From: an uncultured bacterium
Lineage (GTDB): Bacteria; Eisenbacteria; RBG-16-71-46; CAZAMP01
Assembly: GCA_964486455.1 (NCBI GenBank)
Contig: CAZAMP010000002.1
Coordinates: 118,722 to 182,721 of the forward strand
DNA: 64,000 nt
Reading direction: 5' to 3'
Below the pieces are notes generated by a model. That model was not told where the DNA came from, made no database searches, and saw only the letters and a list, made by a program, of their open reading frames with translations. The position numbers were made by a program, and so were the translations under genes. Of this stretch, positions 19,401-27,517 are shown piece by piece (position 1 is the first letter of the stretch; every line of letters begins with the position of its first letter).

Positions 19401-19972
19401 GGGTGTGCCCGAACATGGCGCTGGTGACGTACGAGATGAAGCCCGTTCGACTCTCGCTGCCGGTGCTGACCGTCAGGAATGGGGAGGTGGAAGAAGGCAA
19501 GGCTCAGTCATATGGGGCGGACCAGATGCTTCAGATCGCCGTGCTCACCGACCTCTGCAACGAATGCGGGAACTGCCTGACGTTTTGCCCCACCTCTGGA
19601 GTTCCTTACGCCGACAAGCCTCGGCTCTACCTGAACCGTACGGACTTCGAACAGGAAACGGACAACGCGTTCATGCTCTTTGATGACGGGAGCATCGCGT
19701 CTCGTGTCGACGGTCAGACCCACCGGCTCGTGCGGAACGGATCCATCGAGTACAGTTCGCCCCGCTTCACCGCCACTCTGGAGAAAGACACGTTCGAATT
19801 GTTGCAGGCGACGCCCACACAGACCGGCGAGGGGGAGACACTGTCCCTTCAAGCCGCAGCCGACATGTACATCCTCATGAGAGGGATTTCGGGCTCTCTG
19901 CCGCACCTACCGGTCGTGGCCGCCGACGGGTCGGTCGGCACTAGGATCCCGCATCCGGGCTACGAGGAATAG
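16403..19972 (+). CDS. ygfK: YgfK-like multidomain Fe-S/FAD oxidoreductase (family annotated as putative selenate reductase subunit YgfK)
   Basis: The N-terminal region recalls E. coli YgfK: IGVAAGPHSQMAQNIITSWLAGARSIELKTVQ, NVEWSQE, VTLSTMHGCPP, KLNPTLLG. The middle is GltD-like: KIAVIGAGPAGTAAA, VGVIGAGDTAMDC, VYAAGD. The C-terminus has Cys clusters CLDCHEVCSLCVGVCP and CNECGNCLTFCP. ATG 16403 with RBS AGGAGA; the track start at 16232 overlaps ahcY. Confidence 0.85.
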   Translation: MSDAFHPISMEQLTDWVFDELKAKDSLFGIPCSAFFTPKPDDPFRIEMYGVELESPIGVAAGPHSQMAQNIITSWLAGARSIELKTVQTLDELDVNKPCIDIEDEGYNVEWSQELKICESFDEYLRAWVLIHALHHEFRFPGHLPGMIFNMSVGYDLEGILQPNVQWFLDSMKDASAHLSAYLEIVARRCPAVRDLDIPTRISNSVTLSTMHGCPPGEIERIMTYLLEERHLHASVKLNPTLLGADEVRSIINDRLGYHDIVVPDEAFEHDLRFADAIPMLRNLQEIARKEDRTFGVKLSNTLEVDNWRTQFEEDPRMYLSGRALHPITVNLSRRISDEFDGGLLMSFAGGADCFNVADLLRSGMKTVTTCSDLLKPGGYRRLLQYIDNLRRAMDEAGAVDMRDFTAKTAVRAETFDEFGSMLHAALLSTSGLALDPAGCKALGEAMSAASGDDPPMNVVRSWAAGAGLDALRTDALVTVVANILEQINLRSYVHDVCADRRYVKATFRTDRSKTPRRLHYFDCIAAPCIDECPVEQKVPQYMKAVRDGDFTEAVRLARQDNPMPTILGKVCDHLCENTCIRTHLDEPLAIRQIKRFIMEHENQPTLFDRREPTGRKIAVIGAGPAGTAAAQELAYAGFSVTIFESRSYPAGMVGGAIPNYRIPQKDIAQDMAVLTELGVEIRYDHRIGVDGSLADLWAEGFSSIVIAVGAQRAKQLNLVGEESDGVMDALYFLRNAREGHPPSIGARVGVIGAGDTAMDCVRSALRLGGREISLIYRRTIDQMPADREEIHAAIEEGIKIVELVRPSALQVKDGRLTGLVVSRTEYRGDRDDSGRKIPHDVPGSEYEIPLDTLILAISQHAVLDFFGDDMPELTRHGYLKTDPATFETTIPDVYAAGDVAAHGPSSIVVAAHDGKRVAAAIAARQGISSARPAEIMRKVDLRKMMVKRSRRQYRIQASHTPLDSRNTFTETQLSYTPEQAIAEAGRCLDCHEVCSLCVGVCPNMALVTYEMKPVRLSLPVLTVRNGEVEEGKAQSYGADQMLQIAVLTDLCNECGNCLTFCPTSGVPYADKPRLYLNRTDFEQETDNAFMLFDDGSIASRVDGQTHRLVRNGSIEYSSPRFTATLEKDTFELLQATPTQTGEGETLSLQAAADMYILMRGISGSLPHLPVVAADGSVGTRIPHPGYEE

Positions 19973-19973
19973 A

Positions 19974-20948
19974 TCAGGGCAGTTCGGCTACGTGTGCGCG
20001 GCACCAGGCCATCGCGGCGTCCATGTCGTCGACCGCGCGTCCGCCGAAGTGGGCGAGTACCCGCAGAAGCGGAGCCGTACGCGTGGGATCGTGCCCCGCC
20101 AACCAGGCCTGGCGCTCATGAGGCGGCACGCTCAACAGCTGGCGGCAGGCGTCTTCGAACAGGCGCAGCATCCAGCGATATCCCCACAGCAGGACACGCC
20201 CGCCCGGTGCCAGATGCCGTATTGCCAGGTCGCGGAGTCGATTGATATGGGGAAGATCCATCACGTCGAGTGTATCCCACGTATCGAGGAAGATCGTGTC
20301 GTACAGCGTTGTCGGCTCTGCGGCGAGGCACCCCTCGACGTCGGCGACGATCACATCGCACGGTATCGCGATCTCGCGATCGGTCAGCGCCGTGTCCAGT
20401 ACGGGGGTGACGGCCGCGGCCACCGCCCGGCTCTTCTCGTAGATCGTGAAACGCTCGGCACGCGATGCCGCGTACTGCGGATACATCGCGAGTCCCAGAC
20501 CGCCGACCAGGATGCGCCCCCGGGAGACCATTGCGTTGTTGTACATCATCATGCGTTCCTGCGGTGTGTCCGACATCCATATCCCACCGGATGGATCGAG
20601 CAGCGCCCGTACCGGGAACGGTTCGCTCGCCTCGTAGATGCGATCGAATACCTGTGCCCGCGTCATGAGGCGCTCGACCACCTCGTAGCCGTCCGGGAGA
20701 CTACCGACCGGCACGCTCACGATGGGAGTCGCCGCCCAGTCGAGTGTCCACCGGGAATCGTCAAAATCGGGATCAAAGACGGGTGGTATCTCGGACAAAA
20801 CAAACCGCCCAAGGAAGTGGGAGACACGCAGGACGTGCGACTTGAGGAATGAGCATAGTGTGCGAGAGCGTGAAACGCCAAATGCGTTTCGCGCATCGTC
20901 GTCGTCGGCCATGATCACAGTCGATTGTGATACTCGGTCTTGTCGCAT
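19974..20948 (-). CDS. class I SAM-dependent methyltransferase-fold protein (spermidine-synthase-like)
   Basis: ILVGGLGLAMYP...ERFTIYEKS...DVIVADV...YDTIFLDTWD...LAPGGRVLLWGY. An alternative start is ATG at 20912 (MADDDD...). Its stop lies 1 nt from the convergent ygfK-like stop. Confidence 0.6.
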   Translation of the reverse strand: MRQDRVSQSTVIMADDDDARNAFGVSRSRTLCSFLKSHVLRVSHFLGRFVLSEIPPVFDPDFDDSRWTLDWAATPIVSVPVGSLPDGYEVVERLMTRAQVFDRIYEASEPFPVRALLDPSGGIWMSDTPQERMMMYNNAMVSRGRILVGGLGLAMYPQYAASRAERFTIYEKSRAVAAAVTPVLDTALTDREIAIPCDVIVADVEGCLAAEPTTLYDTIFLDTWDTLDVMDLPHINRLRDLAIRHLAPGGRVLLWGYRWMLRLFEDACRQLLSVPPHERQAWLAGHDPTRTAPLLRVLAHFGGRAVDDMDAAMAWCRAHVAELP

Positions 20949-21049
20949 CCGCTCAGAGCCCGTATAATCTCACGCCGCTGGACTCGCCCGTGAGATTGCT
21001 CCCGGGCTCTTCATTCATGACCGCCCAGGCCAATTCGCCAGGAGCTTTC

Positions 21050-22858
21050 ATGCCCATTCGAAACGTTGCCATCATTGCTCACGTGGATCACGGGAAGACC
21101 ACGCTCGTGGATCAGGTCCTCAAACAGTGCCACGTCTTCCGGAAGAACCAGGCGATGCGGGAGCGGCACCTCGACTCGGACGATCTCGAGCGCGAGCGCG
21201 GGATCACGATCCGATCCAAGAACATCGCCGTGGCTTACGGAGACACCCGAATCAACCTGATCGACACCCCCGGACACTCGGATTTCGGGGGCGAGGTCGA
21301 GCGCGTTTTGAAGATGGCCGACGGCGTGCTGCTCCTCGTGGATGCCTTCGAGGGGCCCATGCCCCAGACCCGCTTCGTTCTCCAGAAGGCACTTCAGCTT
21401 CACCTGAAGCCGATCGTGGTCATCAACAAGGTCGATCGCCCGAACGCGCGCCCGCACGAAGTCCACGCGGAAATCCTCGACCTCTTCATCAGCCTGGATG
21501 CCGACGAGGATCAGCTCGACTTTCGAGGCGTCTACGCCGCCGGGCGCGATGGCTGGGCGGTCGACGAGCTCGATGACGAGCGCCGTGATCTCACGCCGCT
21601 TCTCGAGATGATCGTTGATCAGGTGCCGCCGCCAAAGATCGCGGAGGGCCCGACACAGCTTCTCGTCACCGCGCTCGATCACAGCGACTACGTCGGACGC
21701 ATCGGTATCGGTCGGGTGTTCCGCGGAACGATGGTGAATGATCGTCCGATCACCGTCATCAAGCGCGACGGCTCGACGCTGACCACGGAGGTCAAGCAGC
21801 TCTTCGTTTTCGATGGACTCGGCCGGCGGAAGGTCGACGAGGTCGAGTGCGGGGATATCTGCGCGGTCGTGGGGATGTCCCACGTCGACATCGGAGACAC
21901 GTTGGCAGATCCTGAGGAGCCGGAGCCGCTGCCAATCATCGCCATCGATGAGCCCACGTTGACCATGACGTTCATGGCGAATACCAGCCCGTTCTTCGGC
22001 CAGGAGGGGATCTACTCGACCAGCCGACAGCTTCGCGAACGCTTGTGGAAAGAGGCTGAGCGCGACATGGCGCTTAGGGTCGAGAATACATCGGACCCGG
22101 ACGTCTTCAAGGTCTCGGGACGTGGAATTCTCCACCTCGCCATCCTGATGGAGAACATGCGGCGGGAAGGGTACGAGCTGATGGTTGGTCAGCCGCGGGT
22201 GATCTTCAAGGAGATCGACGGCAAGAAGGCGGAGCCCGTGGAAGTTCTCACCGTCGACGTCGTCGCCGAACACACGGGGACGGTCGTCGAGTACCTGGGT
22301 ACGCGCCGCGCTGAGATCGTCAAGATGGAACAAGTGGAGGGCCGCAGCCGCATCGAGTTTCATGTGCCCAGCCGCGGCCTCATCGGGTTCCGCAGTCGCA
22401 TGCTGCGCGCGACCTCCGGGGAAATCGTTCTCAACCACCGTTTCTTTCAATACGAGTTCTTCAAAGGATCTATCCCGCAGCGGCAGACCGGGAGCATCGT
22501 CTCGATGGCGAACGGCGAGGCTGTGGGATTCGCACTCGACTCGCTACAGGACCGCGGGCGTTTCTTCGTCGAACCCGGCGATAAGCTCTACACGGGTCAG
22601 GTCATCGGAGAGCACGCCAAGGAAGGCGATCTCGTCGTGAACGCGCAAAAGGGGAAGAAGCTCACCAATATGCGAGCGGCGGGCGCAGACAAGGCGATCA
22701 AGCTCGCACCTCCGGTGAAGATGTCGCTCGAGGAGTGCCTCGAGTATGTCAATCCCAACGAGTTCGTCGAAATCACGCCGAAATCGATTCGGCTGCGGAA
22801 GTCCATTCTCGACGAGACCGATCGGTGGCGCGCTGAGAAAGCGGCGGGGGCGGTGTAG
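21050..22858 (+). CDS. typA: translational GTPase TypA/BipA
   Basis: [55 protein letters not shown] lies 5 nt before ATG 21050; the track start at 20927 is an upstream extension. Confidence 0.95.
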   Translation: MPIRNVAIIAHVDHGKTTLVDQVLKQCHVFRKNQAMRERHLDSDDLERERGITIRSKNIAVAYGDTRINLIDTPGHSDFGGEVERVLKMADGVLLLVDAFEGPMPQTRFVLQKALQLHLKPIVVINKVDRPNARPHEVHAEILDLFISLDADEDQLDFRGVYAAGRDGWAVDELDDERRDLTPLLEMIVDQVPPPKIAEGPTQLLVTALDHSDYVGRIGIGRVFRGTMVNDRPITVIKRDGSTLTTEVKQLFVFDGLGRRKVDEVECGDICAVVGMSHVDIGDTLADPEEPEPLPIIAIDEPTLTMTFMANTSPFFGQEGIYSTSRQLRERLWKEAERDMALRVENTSDPDVFKVSGRGILHLAILMENMRREGYELMVGQPRVIFKEIDGKKAEPVEVLTVDVVAEHTGTVVEYLGTRRAEIVKMEQVEGRSRIEFHVPSRGLIGFRSRMLRATSGEIVLNHRFFQYEFFKGSIPQRQTGSIVSMANGEAVGFALDSLQDRGRFFVEPGDKLYTGQVIGEHAKEGDLVVNAQKGKKLTNMRAAGADKAIKLAPPVKMSLEECLEYVNPNEFVEITPKSIRLRKSILDETDRWRAEKAAGAV

Positions 22859-23289
22859 AGGCCGTCCCGTAGTTGCTCTGATTCCATCCTCTCGGGCGTG
22901 ACGCGCTTGCCGGCGATCCCGGACTGCCTTGGGGCTGCCCCACGCCTACCTTGTTCATATTCTTGATGTTATGGGTGGGGCTTGGGGGAGTGCCCTTTAA
23001 GGTGCTATCTTCATGATTAAGTATGTGAATGCGATCCGACTGCTGAGCAGGGAGGAGGCGTGGGACCGGGAACACTCGGGAGGAAGGCGCGAATCCGAGT
23101 GTCGGCAACCAGCCTGGCGGGTCTGCTGAAGAAAGCAGTTGGGCCGCCGTGAAAGCCCTATTCAGACGTCGCTGATCCGGCCTCCTTTCCTCGAGGATGG
23201 GGGCGAACGTCACGCTCATGACTGAGACGCCCGAGGCGGGAGCGGTTCCTGCTCCGGGCGGCCAGAGCCGGGCCGGGTAGATTGCCGAC

Positions 23290-23847
23290 ATGAGTCCTAC
23301 GAGAGAAGTTCGCCAGTTACTTGCCGGCATACGAGCGGGCACACCCGAGGCGTGGGAAAGCCTGTTCGGCCTCGTCTACGAAGATCTCCGCCGAATCGCG
23401 CGCGCCCATCTTCGAGGGCAGCAGACGGGCACGCTCGGGACGACCGCGATGGTGAACGAAGCCTACCTTCGGCTCGCCGGCAGTGGGGGGCGCTGGGAGG
23501 ACCGAGCACACTTCTTCGCCGTTGCGTCTCGTGCGATGCGTCAGATACTCGTCAGCCATGCGCGAAAGAAGCTCGCGAAGAAGCGGGGAGGAGGAGCGAA
23601 CGCGGTCGAGCTGGAGGATCACCACGCCTCTGACGATCCTCGTTTGCTCGAACTACTGGAGCTGGACCAAGCGCTGACTCAGCTCGCTGAGCTGAACGAG
23701 CGGCTGGCGAAAGTCGTCGAGCTTCGCTTCTTCGGAGATCTCTCGATCGAAGAGACCGCCGAGGTTTTGCGGGTGACCGAGCGAACCGTCCGGCGTGACT
23801 GGCAAAAGGCGCGTCTCTTCCTACACGGTCAACTTCGCGAGCGGTGA
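23290..23847 (+). CDS. ECF-type RNA polymerase sigma factor (resembles the ECF subgroup typically linked to Ser/Thr kinases)
   Basis: Region 2: VYEDLRRIARAHLR...TLGTTAMVNEAYLRL. Region 4: VVELRFFGDLSIEETAEVLRVTERTVRRDWQKARLFL. No anti-sigma gene is adjacent. Confidence 0.9.
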   Translation: MSPTREVRQLLAGIRAGTPEAWESLFGLVYEDLRRIARAHLRGQQTGTLGTTAMVNEAYLRLAGSGGRWEDRAHFFAVASRAMRQILVSHARKKLAKKRGGGANAVELEDHHASDDPRLLELLELDQALTQLAELNERLAKVVELRFFGDLSIEETAEVLRVTERTVRRDWQKARLFLHGQLRER

Positions 23848-24019
23848 GCCGCCGCTCGTCTGGCTCCCGTCACCATCGAGAAACCATGTCCGGTTTTGGC
23901 GGCGCCTTGCGTTGATACGTGCAAGGCAGCGATCCCCTGGCCGGAGCGCGGCCCCACCATGTTCAGCGGACTTCCCGCACCCATTTGACTAGCCAGCTCG
24001 AAAGATCTCTGGAGGAGCG

Positions 24020-25681
24020 ATGATGACGTCCCGATGCACTGTCTTTCTTGTGATGATCGGCGCAGCTCTGCTCGGCGTGCCGGCCGCAGCCGATTGGCCC
24101 ACCGATCCGTCGATCGATGCCATCGTCTCAGACGCCGCGTACCAGCAGCGTGACTACTATACTGTCGCTGACGGTCAGGGCGGTGCCTATGTCGTCTGGA
24201 AAGACACCCGCCTTGGCGTGAACTCCCCTCGCGTCTACGTCCAGCGTATCTCGGCCGACGGTGACATGCTGTGGGGGGACGATGGCACGCCCGTGGGGGA
24301 TGGCGGAGGCAGCCAATTCACCCCTCACCTGGCTCGGGACACCGCCGGCGGCCTGGTCGTGGTCTGGGAAGATCAGCGCGCCGGCCGCGACATCTATGCC
24401 CAACGGTTCGACATGGACGGGGTGAAGCTGTGGGGCGAGACCGGTCTACCGGTGTGTATCGATGGGGCGTACCAGTATGAGCCGCGCATCCTGGCCGATC
24501 CGGCAGGCGGAGCGTTCGTGGCATGGGACGACAACCGATACCACCAAGGCTACGAAAACATCTTCGCACAGCGCCTCGCGGCCGACGGCATGGAGCTCTG
24601 GACTCCGAACGGGGCGATCATCTTCGGAGGCTACGGTGCCGAGCGGACCGTGCGACTCGCGCCTGACGGCGCGGGTGGGTGCATCTACATCGCGAGCGAC
24701 CTCAGCAATGATGTACTCCGGGCGCGGCGACTCACCAACACTGGAGCCGACGTTTGGGGTGGCGTGGTTGACTTCACGACCGACGCGATGAACTATCCAG
24801 CCTTCGAGATCGCCCCGGATGGTGTGGGGGGCGTCTACGTGGTTTGGAGATCGACCTGGAACGATTTCATGGGGCAGTACCTCGATGCGGCCGGGACGAA
24901 GCAGTGGAACGGTGGCAACGATCTGGTGATCTCTCCGGTGACGCCATCAACCATCGATCCCGTGGTCACGCCGGACGGCGCCGGCGGTGTCTACCTGGGC
25001 TGGACCGACACGCGGCTCGGAGGGTACGACTTCTATGTGCAGCGCATGTCTCCGGTGGGAACTCGGATGTGGGGCGATGATGCCGTCCATCTCAGTTCGA
25101 TTCTGGTCAATGTCGGCGCGGATCTGGCCGCGGACAGTAACGGCAACCTCCTGGCGTGCTGGGTCCTCAATGATGGGGATCGCAGCATCCTTGCCCAGAA
25201 GCTCACACCGGCCGGAGCGATCGAGTGGACCGCCGGCGGCGAGCTGTTGTCCAACTCCCCCGGGAACACGTTCGACGATCCTTCCGTTTGCCTGACCGAT
25301 GACGATGGGCTCATCTCGGTCTTCGAGCGCTTCCCGGGTACGTACGCGGATCTTCACGCGAAACGGATCGCCGCCGACGGCACGCTCGGACAGTCGATCG
25401 GCGTCGAGGACGTTGAGGAAGTCGCCGGCGGCGCGGCCCCGATCTCGGCCTGGCCGAACCCGTTTCGGACGCACATGCGGATCAGATTGCCCGAGGCCTC
25501 CGGCGAGATCACGCTGTTCGACGTGACTGGACGTGAGATCCGTAGCCTGCGCGCGATCGCCGGCCAGATCGATTGGGATGGAAGGGACAGTGGCGGCCGA
25601 GAGGTGGCCCCGGGAGTGTATCTAGTTCGCCAGCAGGGCAATGCGGCTGCGGGTCCGACGCGGGTCGTGCGACTTCCGTAG
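24020..25681 (+). CDS. secreted protein with eight ~50-60-aa propeller-like repeats and a T9SS-type C-terminal domain
   Basis: Signal peptide MMTSRCTVFLVMIGAALLGVPAAA. Eight repeats follow the pattern GG.YVVW.D.R....(I/V)YAQR....G...W...G (e.g. VYVQRISADGDMLWGDDG, IYAQRFDMDGVKLWGETG, IFAQRLAADGMELWTPNG). Tail: AWPNPF...ITLFDVTGREIRSL...IDWDGRDSGGREVAPGVYLV. Confidence 0.8.
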   Translation: MMTSRCTVFLVMIGAALLGVPAAADWPTDPSIDAIVSDAAYQQRDYYTVADGQGGAYVVWKDTRLGVNSPRVYVQRISADGDMLWGDDGTPVGDGGGSQFTPHLARDTAGGLVVVWEDQRAGRDIYAQRFDMDGVKLWGETGLPVCIDGAYQYEPRILADPAGGAFVAWDDNRYHQGYENIFAQRLAADGMELWTPNGAIIFGGYGAERTVRLAPDGAGGCIYIASDLSNDVLRARRLTNTGADVWGGVVDFTTDAMNYPAFEIAPDGVGGVYVVWRSTWNDFMGQYLDAAGTKQWNGGNDLVISPVTPSTIDPVVTPDGAGGVYLGWTDTRLGGYDFYVQRMSPVGTRMWGDDAVHLSSILVNVGADLAADSNGNLLACWVLNDGDRSILAQKLTPAGAIEWTAGGELLSNSPGNTFDDPSVCLTDDDGLISVFERFPGTYADLHAKRIAADGTLGQSIGVEDVEEVAGGAAPISAWPNPFRTHMRIRLPEASGEITLFDVTGREIRSLRAIAGQIDWDGRDSGGREVAPGVYLVRQQGNAAAGPTRVVRLP

Positions 25682-25695
25682 CCCGCGCCGCGCGA

Positions 25696-25725
25696 TTGAT
25701 CATCCGTGGAACTTTGGGGTAGACT
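25696..25725 (+). promoter_or_regulatory. candidate sigma70-type promoter upstream of the Cys-rich ORF/czc operon
   Basis: TTGATC (25696-25701), 18-nt spacer, TAGACT (25720-25725), 40 nt upstream of ATG 25766. Sequence match only. Confidence 0.3.
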
Positions 25726-25765
25726 CAACAGTTGAAGTCGAATACTCAACCCACACTCGAGGCAG

Positions 25766-26119
25766 ATGATCGCAACCGTCAATCGCATAATGACCGTTCT
25801 GGGGATCGTCGCGCTGATCGCGTCGTCGATCCCTATCACGGTCGTCGGTGAAACCGTGACCGAGTCAGGTTGCGATGAGTGCTGCGAGCACGAAACCGTC
25901 GTCCACTTGATGACGGGCGGTGCCGCCGCGTCGTCGGACCACTGCTGTTCGGAAGGCTGCGACGACTGTTTCATGCCGTGCTGCGTCGGCCTGACTTCTC
26001 TCGAGGTTTCTCCGGTGACTCTGCATGCGGGTGAGGTGTCCTCCTCCGCCCTCGTCGCCGTCCATGAGGACGCTCCTGCAACGGACCCCGAAGCCATCTA
26101 CCACCCCCCTCAGCGTTAG
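25766..26119 (+). CDS. small membrane-anchored Cys/His-rich protein (candidate metal-binding accessory of the czc operon)
   Basis: TM segment IMTVLGIVALIASSIPITVV, then CDECCEH...HLM...DHCCSEGCDDCFMPCCVG (10 Cys and 3 His in about 45 aa). GC3 bias is good and a GAGG RBS is present. It lies 90 nt upstream of the TolC-like gene on the same strand. Confidence 0.55.
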   Translation: MIATVNRIMTVLGIVALIASSIPITVVGETVTESGCDECCEHETVVHLMTGGAAASSDHCCSEGCDDCFMPCCVGLTSLEVSPVTLHAGEVSSSALVAVHEDAPATDPEAIYHPPQR

Positions 26120-26209
26120 GAACCATCATCGTCAGCGGCACCGCCGCGTGTCACGCGCGCGTGGTCCCGTGCGTCGTGATCGTTTCTTTGCGTTGAGGAG
26201 GATACATTC

Positions 26210-27517
26210 ATGGCCCGATGGGTGCTTTGGTTGGCCCTGATCTGGGCGATCGGCGTCGTCAATCCGGCCGGCTCTGCGGTCGCGAGTGAAACGGCGACGA
26301 TAGATTTCACAGAAGAACTGTCTTCGATTCTGCACAAGCAGCAGCTAGCGCTCGCCGAGCTCTTTCGGCTGGCGGAACTGCGGAATCCGGCTCTCGCCGC
26401 CGGCCGAGCCGAGATTGGAGCGGGTGAGGGGAGGGAGCGCCAAGCGGGGCTCTACCCGAACCCGAGCCTCGAATTCGAGGTCGAGGAACTCTCGACACGC
26501 GACCCGGACGTGCGCACCGGCAAGGTGTCGATCGCGCAGCCACTGGTCCTCAGCGGGCGTCGTGGAGACGCGGTCGCCTCTGCGCGGGCCGAACGGGAAT
26601 CGTCCGAGTTCGAGCTTCGGGCGCTGCGCCGTGCCGTGCTCCGTCGCGTGCATGTGCTCTGGGCGGAACATCACTATCTCCGGGAGGCGGAAGCCGCACT
26701 CGACAGCTTGGTCGGCATGACCAACCGTACCCTCGAAATCGCCCGCACCCGCTATGACGCTCAGGCGGCGCCGGAGAGTCACGTTACGAAGGCGCTGCTG
26801 GAGGTCTATGACCTCGAAGTGACTCAGCGACGCTTGGAGCGTGAGCGTGTCAGCGCGTCGTCCCGGCTCACCGCACTTCTCGGCGGCACCGAGGTTCCGC
26901 CTGCCCGCCTGCACGGCTCGCTCGATACCGAAGGCGCTGTCGCGGTTTCGCATTTGTCACCAAGCAGCATGACAGACCATCCGGCCGCTCTATCCGCGGA
27001 GAAACGGATAGACGCAGCGCGTTCGGCGCTTCACGCGGCGAAGGCGGAGCGGCTGCAGGATCTGGGGATCTTCTTCTCGTACGGACGTTCCGAACCGGCC
27101 AACGAGGATTTCGTGGAGGCCGGAATCTCCATTCCGTTGCCCCTCTTTGATCGTAACCAGGGAAGGATTGCGGAAACCGAGGCGCTCGTCGGCATGGCCG
27201 AAGATCATGCACGGGCGGTCGAGGCAGAGCTGCAAGCTGATCTGGCTGCGGCCGCATCTCGCCACCTAACACTTCGCGACGAGCTTCAAGCCGCCGAAGG
27301 CCTCATCGCGCCGGCCGCGGAGCGGGGGCTGTCACAGGCCCAGGCGGCCTATCGCGTAGGCCGTCTGCCCTTTCTCGAACTCATCGACGCCCAGCGCACC
27401 CTCGCGAATATCCGCTTGAGGGTCCTCGAGCTCAAGAGAGACCTGATCGTCACGAATGCAGAACTCTTGAGCCTCGGTGGTCTCGGGCTCTATCGAGATG
27501 AAGGAGAAGAACAATGA
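26210..27517 (+). CDS. czcC: TolC-family outer-membrane efflux protein (CzcC-like)
   Basis: Signal peptide, then the typical CzcC start LAELFRLAELRNPALAAGRAEI...AGLYPNPSLEFEVEE. Two repeated halves and a coiled-coil Ala/Leu/Arg-rich composition. Position is first in a CBA operon. Confidence 0.85.
   Translation: MARWVLWLALIWAIGVVNPAGSAVASETATIDFTEELSSILHKQQLALAELFRLAELRNPALAAGRAEIGAGEGRERQAGLYPNPSLEFEVEELSTRDPDVRTGKVSIAQPLVLSGRRGDAVASARAERESSEFELRALRRAVLRRVHVLWAEHHYLREAEAALDSLVGMTNRTLEIARTRYDAQAAPESHVTKALLEVYDLEVTQRRLERERVSASSRLTALLGGTEVPPARLHGSLDTEGAVAVSHLSPSSMTDHPAALSAEKRIDAARSALHAAKAERLQDLGIFFSYGRSEPANEDFVEAGISIPLPLFDRNQGRIAETEALVGMAEDHARAVEAELQADLAAAASRHLTLRDELQAAEGLIAPAAERGLSQAQAAYRVGRLPFLELIDAQRTLANIRLRVLELKRDLIVTNAELLSLGGLGLYRDEGEEQ

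Noticed and set aside
21011-22450. Long antisense ORFs in the six-frame track. Examples are 479 aa opposite typA, 770-1759(-), 11879-12802(-), 14758-15570(-), 28807-29955(-), 35660-36664(-), 50582-51793(-) and 60912-62375(-).
   Set aside because: They lie opposite genes with strong family motifs. They have Arg/Pro/Gly-rich low-complexity translations and no recognisable domains. These are typical shadow ORFs of high-GC DNA.
22859-23289. Known RNA families in the typA-sigma spacer (RNase P, SRP/4.5S, 6S, SAM-I, TPP, cobalamin, c-di-GMP riboswitches)
   Set aside because: I compared by eye with the conserved cores I remember (GAGGAAAGTCCGGGC, GGAAGGAAGCAGCC, the SAM-I GAGGGA...GCAACC order, the TPP CTGAGA...ACCC context). 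Only isolated short matches occur (GAGGAAAG on the minus strand, GGCAACC), in the wrong order or context.
22773-23342. 189-aa minus-strand ORF spanning the whole typA-sigma spacer
   Set aside because: It overlaps the 3' end of typA and the 5' end of the sigma gene. It is Pro/Ser/Ala-rich with no motif and no RBS or start context.
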